Origin: Candidatus Marinacidobacterium sp.
GTDB taxonomy: Bacteria; Acidobacteriota; Vicinamibacteria; Marinacidobacterales; Marinacidobacteraceae
Assembly: GCA_965204755.1 (NCBI GenBank)
Contig: OZ242011.1
Location: forward strand, 1,408,001-1,472,000
DNA length: 64,000 bases
Reading direction: 5' to 3'
Positions 47,539 to 57,889 of this stretch are shown here, in pieces. The position numbers and the translations under genes were made by a program. Positions within the stretch are counted from its first letter, which is position 1. Each line of letters starts with the position of its first letter. A model generated the notes under the pieces. The model was given only the letters and a program-made list of their open reading frames with translations. It was not told the DNA's origin and did not search any database.

Positions 47539-49278
47539 TTGCCGACAGCGCTCTCTATACTCGCGCCCGCCTTGCGCTCCCGGCCGACGCGGCGCCCCGC
47601 GATCCCCGCGGCGCTCGCCCTCGCGCTTTCGGCCGCCGCCGGCCCGACATTCGCCGCCGGACAGACCGAGGCGCCGGCCGGGTTCACCGACATCACCGAG
47701 GAGGCGGGCGTCCGCTTCGTCCACGACGCCGGCGAGCGGGGGAACTACTCGCTGCCGGAGATCACCGGGGCCGGCGGCGGTTTCTTCGACGCCGACGGGG
47801 ACGGCGCCCTCGACCTCTACCTGCTGCAGGGCGGTCGGCCGGCCGACCCGGTCGAGGCGCCGCCGGGCGCCGCCGGAAACGCCCTGTTCCTCCAACTGCC
47901 CGACGGACGGTTCCGGGACGCGAGCGCCGCCTCCGGCCTCGCCCATGCCGGCTACGGCATGGGGCTCGCCGCCGGCGACTACGACGGGGACGGGCGCGCC
48001 GACCTCTTCGTAACCAACTACGGGCCGGACGCGCTCTTCCGCAACCTCGGCGGCGGCGCCTTCGAGGAAGTGACGGAGGCCGCCGGCGTCGCCGGGGAGG
48101 GCTGGTCCTCGTCGGCGGCGTTTTGCGACTACGACGCGGACGGGCGGCTCGACCTGTTCGTCGCCCGGTATGTCCGGAACGACCCGGCGAAGCACTGCAC
48201 CAAACAGGACGGCAGCCGGGACTACTGCAGCCCCCAGGTCTTCGCCGGAACCCACGACTACCTCTACCGGAACCGGGGGGACGGCTCCTTCGAGGAGGTC
48301 TCGCTGGCGGCCGGCCTGCGGGCGGTCCACGCCCCCGGCCTGGGGGTGGTCTGCGCGGACTTCGACGGCGACCGCCGGCTCGACTTCTATGTGGCGAACG
48401 ACGGCGAGGCGAACCAACTCTGGCTGAACCGGGGGGGCGGGGAGTTCCGCGACGACGCCTTCCTCGCCGGGGTGGCGCTCAACGACGCCGGCCGCCCGGA
48501 GGCGGGGATGGGCATCGCGCTCGGCGATGTGGACGCCGACCTGGACCTCGACCTCTTCATCACCCATGTGGCCGAAGAGACGAACACGCTCTACCGCAGC
48601 GACGGGGCGGACTTCGGCCCTTCCTTCAGCGACCGCACCGGGCCCTCCGGGCTCGGCCCGCCGAGCATGGCGCTCACCGGCTTCGGCGTCGCCTTCCTCG
48701 ACCTCGATCTCGACGGGGCGCTCGACCTGGTGGTGGCGAACGGCCGGGTGCAGCGGGAACCCCCGCTTCCGGGGGCCTCCGGCGACGACTTCTGGCGGCC
48801 CTTCGCCGAGCCGAACCAGGTCTTCCTCAACGGCGGGCAAGCGCGGTTCGCCGCCGCTCCCGGGGGCGACCTGGACCGGGCGCTGGAAGTGAGCCGGGGG
48901 CTCGCCTTCGGGGACTTCGACGAGGACGGCGACCCGGACCTGCTGGTGGCGAACGCCGCCGGCCCGGCCCGGCTCTACCGCAACGACTTCCGCCGGGCCG
49001 GGGCGGCGCTGGCGGTCCGCCCGGTGGACGCGCAGGGCCGCGCCGCGTTCCCGACGCGGGTCTTCGCCACCCTGGACGACGGCCGGCGCCTGCTGCGGCG
49101 GGCCGACCCGGGCGGCGGCTACCTTGCGGCGAACGACCCGCGGGCGTTCTTCGGAATTCCCGCCGGGCGGCGGGTGACCGGGTTGCTCGTGGTCTGGCCG
49201 GACGGGGGCGAGGAGTCCTTCCCCGGCGCCGAGGGCCGCGAAGTGACCCTCCGGCGCGGGACCGGCGAGCCGCGCTGA
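47539..49278 (+). CDS. CRTAC1-family secreted protein (FG-GAP/VCBS beta-propeller + ASPIC/UnbV)
   Basis: Signal peptide; FTDITEEAGV; seven DxDxDGxxD repeats; SRGLAFGD; C-terminal GGYLA..FFG..VWPDG. Confidence 0.9.
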   Translation: MPTALSILAPALRSRPTRRPAIPAALALALSAAAGPTFAAGQTEAPAGFTDITEEAGVRFVHDAGERGNYSLPEITGAGGGFFDADGDGALDLYLLQGGRPADPVEAPPGAAGNALFLQLPDGRFRDASAASGLAHAGYGMGLAAGDYDGDGRADLFVTNYGPDALFRNLGGGAFEEVTEAAGVAGEGWSSSAAFCDYDADGRLDLFVARYVRNDPAKHCTKQDGSRDYCSPQVFAGTHDYLYRNRGDGSFEEVSLAAGLRAVHAPGLGVVCADFDGDRRLDFYVANDGEANQLWLNRGGGEFRDDAFLAGVALNDAGRPEAGMGIALGDVDADLDLDLFITHVAEETNTLYRSDGADFGPSFSDRTGPSGLGPPSMALTGFGVAFLDLDLDGALDLVVANGRVQREPPLPGASGDDFWRPFAEPNQVFLNGGQARFAAAPGGDLDRALEVSRGLAFGDFDEDGDPDLLVANAAGPARLYRNDFRRAGAALAVRPVDAQGRAAFPTRVFATLDDGRRLLRRADPGGGYLAANDPRAFFGIPAGRRVTGLLVVWPDGGEESFPGAEGREVTLRRGTGEPR

Positions 49279-49324
49279 TGGCGCCGACGATCCGCCGACC
49301 CGCCGGCCGGGCCGCCTGAGCGCC

Positions 49325-50878
49325 GTGGCCCGCTCCCGCCGATCCCGACCGCGCCGTCCGCCCCGCGCGGGCGGCGGGCGACGCCCGGCCGGCCCGCCGC
49401 CCGCCCCGAAGCCCCGCCCGGACGCCGCGCCGCCCCGAGCGCCGAACCGCTCCCGCCGCCCGCTGTTCGTCGGCGCCGCGCTCGCGCTGGCGGCGGCCGC
49501 CGCAAGCCTCCTCGTTTGGGGCCGGAGCGGCGGCGGCCCGCCGGCGCCCCCGCTGCCCGACGCCTCGCGGATGGAAGCGGAAGTGGCCGCCGCCATCCGC
49601 GCCGCCCGCGACCGGCTGGCGGACGAGGCGGGATCGGCGGACCGATGGGCCGCCTACGGCGCCGTCCTCCTCGCCCACGAACTCCATGCCGAGGCGGCCG
49701 CCGCCTACCGGACGGCCGGAGAGTTGGCGCCGGACGACTACCGCCACGCGTACCTGGCGGCGCGGGCGCTCTGGAGCGGCGACCCGGAAGCCGCGGAAGC
49801 CGCCGCGCTGCGGGCCGTCGCCCTCTCGCCGGGGTACGCCCCGGCGCGGCTCCTCGCCGGGCAACTCGCGGAGGACCGGGGCGCGCCGGAGGCGGCCGCC
49901 GCCCGGTACCGGGCCGTCCTGGACGGCGGCGCGGCCGAGTCCCCGGCGAACCGGGCCTCGGCCAGTTTCCGGCTGGGCCGGCTGCTCGCGGCGGACGGCG
50001 ACCTCGAAGCCGCGCTGCCCCTCCTCGAACGCGCTTCGGAAGCCGCGCCGGAGTCGGGAGCGGTGCAGGCGGCGCTGGCGCGGCTCTACCGCCGGGCGGG
50101 GGACGAGCCCCGGGCGCGGGCCGCGGCGGAACGCGCCCGGGGCCTGGAGCACGACCTCGCGATCCACGACCCGCTCATGGACGCGGTTACCGCGCTTTCG
50201 GTCTCGGTGGTCGGCAAGGAGCGGCGCGCGTTCGCCGCCGAGGGCGCCGGCAACCCGCGGGCGGCGGAGGCCCTGCTCCGGCAGATGATCGGCTCGCGCC
50301 CGGACTCGGCGGACCTCTACTACAACCTCGGCAACAACCTCTCCCGGCAGGGCCGGAACGACGAAGCCCTCGCCGCCTGGCGGGCGGCGCTCGACCGCAA
50401 CCCGGAGCATGTGTCGGCGCTGGTGAACTCCAGCATCGTCCTCGCCCAGTCCGGCGACCTCGCCGAAGCGGAGCGCCGCTGCCGGCGCGTCCTGGAGATC
50501 CGTCCCAACCACCCGGGCGCGCTGTCCAGTCTGGGAAGCATCGCCGCCCTCGACGGACGGCGGGCGGAAGCGGTGCGCTGGTTCCGCCGGGCGCTGGCCG
50601 AGGAGCCGGAACGCGCCGGGACCCACGACTCCATCGCCCAGGTGCTGGCGGCGAGCCGGGAGTTCGACGAGGCCATCCGCCACTTCCGCATCGCCGTGGC
50701 GAAGGAACCGCTGCGGGGCGACTACCGGCTGGGGCTCGCCGCCGCGCTGGCGTCCCTGGGACGGTTCGAGGAGACTTGGGCGGTGGTCCACGAAGGGCGC
50801 CGGCTGGGCGTCGAATTCCCGGCGCAGTTCCTCTCGATGCTCTCGGATTCCTACCCGGATCCGGGGCCGGGCCGCTGA
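49325..50878 (+). CDS. Membrane-anchored tetratricopeptide repeat protein
   Basis: N-terminal TM helix; multiple TPR motifs (YYNLGNNL, ALVNSSIVL, ALSSLGSI). Confidence 0.85.
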   Translation: MARSRRSRPRRPPRAGGGRRPAGPPPAPKPRPDAAPPRAPNRSRRPLFVGAALALAAAAASLLVWGRSGGGPPAPPLPDASRMEAEVAAAIRAARDRLADEAGSADRWAAYGAVLLAHELHAEAAAAYRTAGELAPDDYRHAYLAARALWSGDPEAAEAAALRAVALSPGYAPARLLAGQLAEDRGAPEAAAARYRAVLDGGAAESPANRASASFRLGRLLAADGDLEAALPLLERASEAAPESGAVQAALARLYRRAGDEPRARAAAERARGLEHDLAIHDPLMDAVTALSVSVVGKERRAFAAEGAGNPRAAEALLRQMIGSRPDSADLYYNLGNNLSRQGRNDEALAAWRAALDRNPEHVSALVNSSIVLAQSGDLAEAERRCRRVLEIRPNHPGALSSLGSIAALDGRRAEAVRWFRRALAEEPERAGTHDSIAQVLAASREFDEAIRHFRIAVAKEPLRGDYRLGLAAALASLGRFEETWAVVHEGRRLGVEFPAQFLSMLSDSYPDPGPGR

Positions 50879-50961
50879 CCGGAAAGGCCGCCGGACCGGC
50901 GCCCCGAAGCCGCTCCGGAGCGTTCGGTTCGTTGAACGGCGAGGGTCGGACAGAAGGCCTC

Positions 50962-50991
50962 TTGGGCCCGCGTAACTCGTAGTCGTATAAT
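50962..50991 (+). promoter_or_regulatory. Putative sigma70 promoter of the TonB-dependent receptor gene
   Basis: TTGGGC-N18-TATAAT; SD GGAGG before ATG at 51094. Confidence 0.55.
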
Positions 50992-51093
50992 CGGTTTTCG
51001 GGTGTCCACGAGGCAGCCGGGGCATGGCATATCGGTTGCCTCGACGCCCTTTCGATCTATCTGCTTCTCTCATCCCCTGACGGAGGAAAGCGC

Positions 51094-53985
51094 ATGAGGA
51101 GACTCTTTCTCTCACTCCTGCTTCTTGCGTTCGCCGCAACGGCGTTCGCCCAGCAGCAGTACGGACGGCTCGAAGGCGCCGCCCAGGACGCCCAGGGACT
51201 CGCCCTCCCCGGCGTAACGGTGACCTTGGCCGGTGAAGCGATCATCGGCAGCCGCACCGCGACGACCGATGTGGACGGTTCTTACCGGTTCCAAGCCTTG
51301 CCCCCCGGCGAGTACACCCTGACTTTCGAGTTGGGCGGCTTCCAGACCGTCGTCTTCGAGGAGATCCGGGTGGTGACCGGCACAACCTTTTCCATGGACG
51401 CCGACATGCAGATCGCCACCGTGGCGGAGACGATCACGGTTACCGGCGAATCGCCCGTAGTGGATGTGAAGTCCACCGGCGTGGCGGCGACTTTCGACAA
51501 GACGCAGTTGGACGACGTCCCGACTGCAACGGACATGTGGGCGGTACTGCACCAGAGCCCGGGCATCCGGGTGCAGGGTTACGATGTGGGCGGCTCGCAC
51601 AAGAGTCAACAGTCCATGTATGAGACCTTCGGCGTGCGCAGCCAGAACCGGGTCCTCTACGAGGGTGTCAACACCACCGAGGGCACCGGAAGCGCGGGCG
51701 GCTACTACGACTACTACGCCATGGAGGAATTCCAGGTGTCCGCCCAAGGCGCCGATGTAGAGATGTCCACACCAGGAGCACAAATCCAGACGACCGTAAA
51801 GAGTGGCGGGAACGAGTTTTCCGGGTTGGAGAGCGGCGCGTGGCAGCCGGCGGGCTGGATCGCGGAGAACATCGACAGCGACATCCAATCGCGCGGAGGC
51901 ACACCCGCGCCGGTGCTCCGGTTCTACGAGTTCCACCTCGACCTCGGCGGCCCGATCGTTCGGGACAAGGCTTGGTTCTATGCCGCCTACAACAACTTCC
52001 TGATCGATACAGCGATCTCGGGTGTAGATCAGAACATCGCCACCGATATCGGGGACTTCGACATCTTCACGGCGAAGTTGAACTGGCAGATCACCGAACG
52101 CGACCAGTTCATCGGGTTCTCCACTTGGTCGTGGAAGCGGAAACCGAACCGCTCGCTGTCCGCCACCATTCCGGCGGAATCCATTCTTGCTCAGGACTAC
52201 TGGATCTGGTTGCACAAGGCCGAATGGCAACGCGTTTGGAGCGACCGTCTCTACAGCAACATCATGATCGGACACATGGGTACCGTCTGGCCGATGGTGC
52301 CGAATGTGGAGCCCGTCAACGGCAAGGAACCGCGTATCGAGGCAACCACGGATGTCCGATCCGGATCGGGTTGGCAACCGTTCACCAGCCTGCGGTGGAA
52401 ACCCCAAAGCACGGCGCAATTCAACTACTATGTCCCGATCGGTGACGGCAGCCACGACTTCAAGTTCGGCTGGGATTGGCAATGGGACACACAGTTGTTC
52501 GGCTGGAACACGAATTCGGGTGGTGTGAGATATCTCGACGATTCCCGGGAGGGCCGCCCCCACAATGTGGATCGCGTGTATCTCGTCGGCGTCCCGAATC
52601 TCACGGACAATCGGAACATGCATGCTGACTTCTTCGTTCAGGACACCTGGACCGTCAACGACCGGCTGACCGTTACCGCCGGTGTCCGAGTCGGCAGTCA
52701 AATCCTTTCTTATCAGCCGTCCGAAAACTCGCCCGGTAGCGCCTGTCCAGATTCCCTTCTCTGTCAATTCGAATTGCCCGCGAACCAGTCGCAGATCCTT
52801 CAAGATGTGTTCGGCGCCGGTGGCACGATTCCCGGTGATTCGGTTGGAAGTCACTGGAACTTCGCGCCCCGAGCCGGCTTTACTCTCGACCTCACGGGCG
52901 CGGGCTCGTCGGTCTTCAAGGCCTATTTCGGGCGCTACTATTCGAATGTGGGAACCGGTCTGGGCTCCGCCAATCCCGGCGGCCAGGCGAATGGCACTTG
53001 GCGGTTTCTCGACCAGAACATGAACGGTGTCCTCGACGACTCCTCGGAACTCGGGGAGGAACTCGCCTTGTCGGAGGGCGCGGGCGCGTCCACGCCGATC
53101 GCCTCTGACTGGTCGCTCGCCTATGCGGACGAATTCAGCACTTCCTTCGAGCATGAATTGACGACGGATCTCGGAGCGCGAGTTTCCTATGTGTACAAGC
53201 GAATGCGGAACACTTGGGGCAATCTGAACCAGGTCACACTGAACAATCGAAATACCCCGACTACCGTGACCGAGTGCGTTGATTGTCCTGCCGGTTTCAA
53301 CCGGTCGTTCAATCTGGTCGTCATTCCCGAAGAACTCGTGGGTGAGTCTGACAACCAGACCATGAATCACCCGGCAGGCGAGAGCGACATGAACTTCCAC
53401 ACTGCGTCGCTGGCGCTGAACCGGCGATTCCGCAACAATCTTTTCTACAACATCTACTTCGACTACCAGTGGCGTTCAGAGCCGCGCAGCCCGGGGTCCT
53501 CGGTAACCTCTTGGGCGGCGAGGACGCCCCTATCGTCGGACCCGACCGCGCAGGGTTGGTTCGTCAATTACGATCAGGACATCCCTACGGTTCAGGACAC
53601 AAGCACCTTCCAGTTGAAGACCTCGGCACGCTATGTGCTGCCCTACGAGATCGGCTTGGCAGGGACCTACCGCTTCGTCAGCGGTTTCAACTACGCACCG
53701 ATCCATCGGTTGAGCCTGTACGACGGCGGGTTGAAACCCTATGTTTGGCTCGCTCCCATGAGTGAGAACCGGTCGGACAATGTGACCATCATCGATTTCC
53801 GTATCGACAAGTCGTTTTCGCTGGGAGACCGCATGAATGTGCAGTTCATCTTCGACCTGTTCAACGCCCTGAACGCGAACACGATCACGAACTTCCAACT
53901 GATTGATACCGCCTCGCCCTACCAGAATGTCATCGACTACCTGAAGGGCCGAACTATCGGCCTATCCGCGAGACTCACCTTCTGA
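51094..53985 (+). CDS. TonB-dependent receptor with N-terminal carboxypeptidase-regulatory-like domain (Oar-type)
   Basis: Signal AFA-Q; DAQGLALPGVTV, ETITVTGESPVVD, KSGGN, LGGPIVRDKAWF, QDTWTVNDRLT, APRAG; C-terminal ARLTF. Confidence 0.93.
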   Translation: MRRLFLSLLLLAFAATAFAQQQYGRLEGAAQDAQGLALPGVTVTLAGEAIIGSRTATTDVDGSYRFQALPPGEYTLTFELGGFQTVVFEEIRVVTGTTFSMDADMQIATVAETITVTGESPVVDVKSTGVAATFDKTQLDDVPTATDMWAVLHQSPGIRVQGYDVGGSHKSQQSMYETFGVRSQNRVLYEGVNTTEGTGSAGGYYDYYAMEEFQVSAQGADVEMSTPGAQIQTTVKSGGNEFSGLESGAWQPAGWIAENIDSDIQSRGGTPAPVLRFYEFHLDLGGPIVRDKAWFYAAYNNFLIDTAISGVDQNIATDIGDFDIFTAKLNWQITERDQFIGFSTWSWKRKPNRSLSATIPAESILAQDYWIWLHKAEWQRVWSDRLYSNIMIGHMGTVWPMVPNVEPVNGKEPRIEATTDVRSGSGWQPFTSLRWKPQSTAQFNYYVPIGDGSHDFKFGWDWQWDTQLFGWNTNSGGVRYLDDSREGRPHNVDRVYLVGVPNLTDNRNMHADFFVQDTWTVNDRLTVTAGVRVGSQILSYQPSENSPGSACPDSLLCQFELPANQSQILQDVFGAGGTIPGDSVGSHWNFAPRAGFTLDLTGAGSSVFKAYFGRYYSNVGTGLGSANPGGQANGTWRFLDQNMNGVLDDSSELGEELALSEGAGASTPIASDWSLAYADEFSTSFEHELTTDLGARVSYVYKRMRNTWGNLNQVTLNNRNTPTTVTECVDCPAGFNRSFNLVVIPEELVGESDNQTMNHPAGESDMNFHTASLALNRRFRNNLFYNIYFDYQWRSEPRSPGSSVTSWAARTPLSSDPTAQGWFVNYDQDIPTVQDTSTFQLKTSARYVLPYEIGLAGTYRFVSGFNYAPIHRLSLYDGGLKPYVWLAPMSENRSDNVTIIDFRIDKSFSLGDRMNVQFIFDLFNALNANTITNFQLIDTASPYQNVIDYLKGRTIGLSARLTF

Positions 53986-54020
53986 CCTGACGAGCCCGTC
54001 ACCGGGCGCCTTTCCCGACG

Positions 54021-54056
54021 AGGCCCGTCGGCTCCTCAGCGAGCCGGCGGGTCTTT
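54021..54056 (+). terminator. Putative rho-independent terminator after the TonB receptor gene
   Basis: GGCCCGTCGGCTC-loop-GAGCCGGCGGGTC followed by TTTCGCTGTTTT. Confidence 0.6.
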
Positions 54057-54425
54057 CGCTGTTTTCGGCTTCGGCCTTGTCTGCGACTCCGGCACAGAGG
54101 TCCATCGGGCCGGAGGAGCGGCCGCCGTTCGGCCTATCGTCTCTGCGGACGAGTCGTCGCGGTTGACCGGTCCGCGGAGAACTTGTCCCCACCGGAGGCC
54201 ATCCTGTGGGTCTTCGCGTTCCCGGCCCATCGTCGCGGCCGGGGGCTGTCGGGTGGGGCTCCGGGAACACCGCTGACCGTCCGTCCATCCGGCCGCGGAG
54301 GCCCCCGACAGCCGACACTCGGCGGGCTGCGACTGAAGGGCGAGTCGGAGGGATCGGTACACTCACCCGTTCCGCCGAGTCGCGCCGTCTCCGGCACTCG
54401 GCGCGAACCACAAAGGAGCTGCTCC

Positions 54426-55541
54426 ATGTTCGCCCCGAGGATCTTCTTCGTTTTCGCCCTCTTGACCCTCGCCCTCGGCTGCCGTGGTCCCGCCGCGACG
54501 GACAGCGACATGCCGACCGGGAACCCCGACCTGGTGCAGCGGCTGCTGCCGAACCCGGCCCCGGTGGTGATCACCCAATGGGCGGCCCTCCCCGACGGGC
54601 GGACCTGGGGCTCCACCGCCGGGGTGGACATCGGGCCGGACGGGCATGTCTGGGCCTACGACCGGTGCGGGGCGAACGGGCTCGACGGCGGCTGCGAGGC
54701 GAACCCGGAGGTGAACCCCGTCCTCAAGTTCGACCGGCACACCGGGGAGGTGCTGGCCGAGTTCGGCGCCGGGCTCTTCGTGCTGCCCCACGGGCTCCAT
54801 GTGGACACCGACGGGAATGTCTGGGTCACCGACTCGCAGGGGAACGAGGCCGGCACCAAGGGGCACCAGGTCATCAAGTTCAGCCCGGAGGGCGAAATCC
54901 TGCTGCGCCTGGGTATCGCCGGGCAGCCCGGCAGCGGCCCCGGCCAACTCAACGAGCCTTGCGATGTGATCACCGCCCCGAACGGGGACATCTTCGTCTC
55001 GGACGGGCACACCGGCCAGAGCGACGACCCGCCGGAAGGCAGCACCGGACGGATCCTGAAGTACGCCGCCGACGGCGAGTTCGTGAAGGAGTGGGGGGAG
55101 ATCGGCTTCCGTCCGGGGCAGTTCCGCACGCCGCACGCCCTGGAGATGGACTCCGTCGGACGGCTGTTCGTGGCCGACCGGGGGAACCACCGGATCCAGG
55201 TCTTCGACCAGGACGGCAACCTGCTCGACACCTACGAACAGTTCGGACGGGTCAGCGGGCTGTTCATCACCGACGACGACACGCTCTACGCCATCGATTC
55301 CGAGTCGAACGAGGGACGCCACTACGGCTGGATGAACGGCGTGCGGATCGGCCCGGCGAACGAGGACCGCGTGACGGCCTTCATCCCGCCGCACATCCCG
55401 ACCGAGGGCCGCGTCCTGCAGGGCGTCGCCGGCGAAGGCGTGGCGGTGGACGCCGACGGCAATGTGTTCGTGGCGGAAGGGCCGGCCTCGCGCCCCTTCG
55501 CCGGCGGCGGCCTCACCAAGTACGAGCCCGCTTCGCGCTGA
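54426..55541 (+). CDS. NHL-repeat lipoprotein, peptidyl-alpha-hydroxyglycine lyase (PAL)-like
   Basis: Lipobox LALGC; PHGLHVD..GNVWVTD, GHQVIKF, PHAL, ADRGNHRIQVFDQDG. Confidence 0.82.
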   Translation: MFAPRIFFVFALLTLALGCRGPAATDSDMPTGNPDLVQRLLPNPAPVVITQWAALPDGRTWGSTAGVDIGPDGHVWAYDRCGANGLDGGCEANPEVNPVLKFDRHTGEVLAEFGAGLFVLPHGLHVDTDGNVWVTDSQGNEAGTKGHQVIKFSPEGEILLRLGIAGQPGSGPGQLNEPCDVITAPNGDIFVSDGHTGQSDDPPEGSTGRILKYAADGEFVKEWGEIGFRPGQFRTPHALEMDSVGRLFVADRGNHRIQVFDQDGNLLDTYEQFGRVSGLFITDDDTLYAIDSESNEGRHYGWMNGVRIGPANEDRVTAFIPPHIPTEGRVLQGVAGEGVAVDADGNVFVAEGPASRPFAGGGLTKYEPASR

Positions 55542-55596
55542 GGCCGGGCCCGGGACGGAGGCGAGGGAAGGGCCGGCAGCCGGTCGGGGCCTCCCG

Positions 55597-57615
55597 GTGA
55601 GGTTCGGGGGGCCCCGGCCCGGTCGGGCGCGGCGCGGCGGCGCGCCGCTCGGCGGCGCACCGCTCGGTGCCCTCCTGCTGTTCGCGGGAGCGATTCCGGG
55701 CTGCGGCCGGTCGGAGGAGGCGGATCCGCCGGCGCAACAGCCGGTCTCCTCGGTCGCGGCCGCCGAAGTTCCGCGCTCGCCGCTGGCTGCTCCGGAGGAG
55801 GGAGCGGGCGCGACGGTCTGCGCCGCGTGCCACGCGGACATCGCCGCCGGGCAGGAACGGCACCCGATGGCGCGCACCGCGGCGGCGGTGGACTCGGGAA
55901 CGCGCGCCCGATGGTTCTCGGACGCGATGCTGGCGCGACCCGTGGCCTGGCGGGACGACTACGGGCCGGAGCCCCGCTACCGGGCCGAGGGCGAGTCCGG
56001 CGTCCGGTTCGGGGCGCCGGTGCCGGACGGGACGGAGGTGGAAGTGGACGCGGTGTTCGGTTCGGGGCTTCGCGGCGCGACGCCGGTGTCCTTCGCCGCG
56101 AGGCGGCGGATGCGGGAACTGCGGCTCTCGTACTCGCGGGCCCACGACGGCTGGATCGCCACTCCGGGGGGTGAGGAGGACGCCGATCCGCGGGGCGATC
56201 TCGACGGGCCGGAGGCGACCGAGGACTGCGTGGGCTGCCACGCCACCGCGCTCGCCTGGGACGGGGACGGACGGTTCGATCCCCACGGCGCCGTCCTCGG
56301 CGTCCGGTGCGAGCGGTGCCACGGATCGGGGATCGCCCACCTCGAGTCCCAGTCCGCCGGCGGCCCTCCGGGGCCGATCTTCCATCCGGGGCGGCTCGAC
56401 GCGGCGGGGGAGGTCGCGTTCTGCGGGCAGTGCCACCGCCAGCCGACGGACTTCGAGCCGAGCCTGATCCTGGGGCGCGACCCGACGCTGGCGCGGCACG
56501 CCGGGGCCGGGCTGATGATGAGCGCCTGCTTCCGGGAATCCCCGCCGGAGACGACGATCCGGTGCACCGACTGCCACGACCCGCACGCGCCGAATCCGGC
56601 CGGGGGCGCGGTGACCCGCGCGGTCTGCTCCCGGTGCCACGCCGACCCGGCCGCCCTCCACTCCGACCCGGCGGTTTCGGCGGGGGCGGACTGCGCCGGC
56701 TGCCACCTGCCGGAGCGGCGGGAAGTGTTCGGGGGGACGCCGTTCACCGACCACTGGATCCGGCTCGCCGGGGAGGCGGTCACTCCGGGGTCCGCCGCCG
56801 GGCGCTCCGACCTCGCCTATCTGGAATCCCTCTACGAACGGCGGGTCGCGGAACCGAACCCCCCACAGCGCGCGGCGCGGCTGCGGATGGGGCTGGCGGA
56901 ACTGCTCCACCTCCGGCGGGCCCGGGCCCGGTCGCAGCAGGTCGTCCGGGAGGGGCTGGCGCTCGGTCCCGACTACGCGACCCGGCTCAAGGGGGCGGCG
57001 CTGCTGCGCGCCGGCGGGCGGCGCGCGGAGGCGGTCTCCGTTCTCCGGGAGGCGGCGGCGGACGATGCGACGAAGCCGCACGCGTTCTACGAACTCGGGG
57101 ACTTGCTGCTCGAGACCGGCGACGCCGCCGGGGCGCTCGCCCCGCTGCGGGAGGCGGTCCGGCTCAGCCCGGCCTCCGCCGGGGTCCGGGCGGCGTACGC
57201 GGACGCCCTGCTCGGCGTCGGCCGGGTCCGGGAGGCGGTGGAAGCGCTGCGCCGGGCGGCGTCCCTCGCGCCGGATGACCCGGTCGCGCCGGTCGCGCTC
57301 GGTCGTCTCGCCGGGATCCTCGCGGCGCATCCGCGGCGGGAGGTCCGCGATCCGGCGGAAGCGCTGCGGATCGCCGAGCGGCTGGCGGCGGGGTTTTCGT
57401 TCGGGGAGCCCCGCTCGCTGGATCTGCTCGGCGCGGCCTACGCGGCGAACGGGGACTTCGAGGCCGCGGCGCGGGCGGCCGAGCGCGCGGCCGCGATCGC
57501 GTCTTCCGCGGGGGATGCCGCCTTCGGCGCGGAAGCCGCCGCCCGCGCCGCCCTCTACCGCGCCGGCCGGCCGTACATCGGCCCGCTTCCGGCGACCTTT
57601 CGGGCGCGGCGCTGA
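55597..57615 (+). CDS. Multiheme c-type cytochrome (7 CxxCH) fused to C-terminal TPRs (start approximate)
   Basis: CAACH, CVGCH, CERCH, CGQCH, CTDCH, CSRCH, CAGCH; FTDHWIR; TPR helices; lipoprotein-like signal (IPGC). Confidence 0.9.
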   Translation: MRFGGPRPGRARRGGAPLGGAPLGALLLFAGAIPGCGRSEEADPPAQQPVSSVAAAEVPRSPLAAPEEGAGATVCAACHADIAAGQERHPMARTAAAVDSGTRARWFSDAMLARPVAWRDDYGPEPRYRAEGESGVRFGAPVPDGTEVEVDAVFGSGLRGATPVSFAARRRMRELRLSYSRAHDGWIATPGGEEDADPRGDLDGPEATEDCVGCHATALAWDGDGRFDPHGAVLGVRCERCHGSGIAHLESQSAGGPPGPIFHPGRLDAAGEVAFCGQCHRQPTDFEPSLILGRDPTLARHAGAGLMMSACFRESPPETTIRCTDCHDPHAPNPAGGAVTRAVCSRCHADPAALHSDPAVSAGADCAGCHLPERREVFGGTPFTDHWIRLAGEAVTPGSAAGRSDLAYLESLYERRVAEPNPPQRAARLRMGLAELLHLRRARARSQQVVREGLALGPDYATRLKGAALLRAGGRRAEAVSVLREAAADDATKPHAFYELGDLLLETGDAAGALAPLREAVRLSPASAGVRAAYADALLGVGRVREAVEALRRAASLAPDDPVAPVALGRLAGILAAHPRREVRDPAEALRIAERLAAGFSFGEPRSLDLLGAAYAANGDFEAAARAAERAAAIASSAGDAAFGAEAAARAALYRAGRPYIGPLPATFRARR

Positions 57616-57691
57616 CGGGGACGACCTCCGCCGGGGAAGCGGGGACCTCGTGGAGCGGGCCTGTGGTTCGGACCCGGCGGGATCGTTCGAG

Positions 57692-57889
57692 CCGATTAAG
57701 CCGGAATAGGAAACCTATTCGGCCGGTGATCCGGATGATCCTTTTTCAACAATGACTTACGAGCGATCAACTTGGAGTCTGCCGGGAACGAACCGGGGAA
57801 TGAGCCGGATTCGGGCGGAGAATGGCCCCAGCACGATAAAGCCAACATTTTCAGGGGTTTACGACCGATTAAGCCGGAATAAGCCGGAG
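57692..57889. repeat. AT-richer intergenic segment with a 17-bp direct repeat and a hairpin
   Basis: CCGATTAAGCCGGAATA at 57692 and 57865; palindrome GAATAGG-AAA-CCTATTC. Confidence 0.7.

Noticed and set aside
54426-55541. Link between the PAL-like protein and amidation of the lanthipeptide
   Set aside because: It is over 50 kb away, the precursor does not end in Gly, no PHM monooxygenase is seen, and the PAL catalytic Tyr position is His (SDGH).
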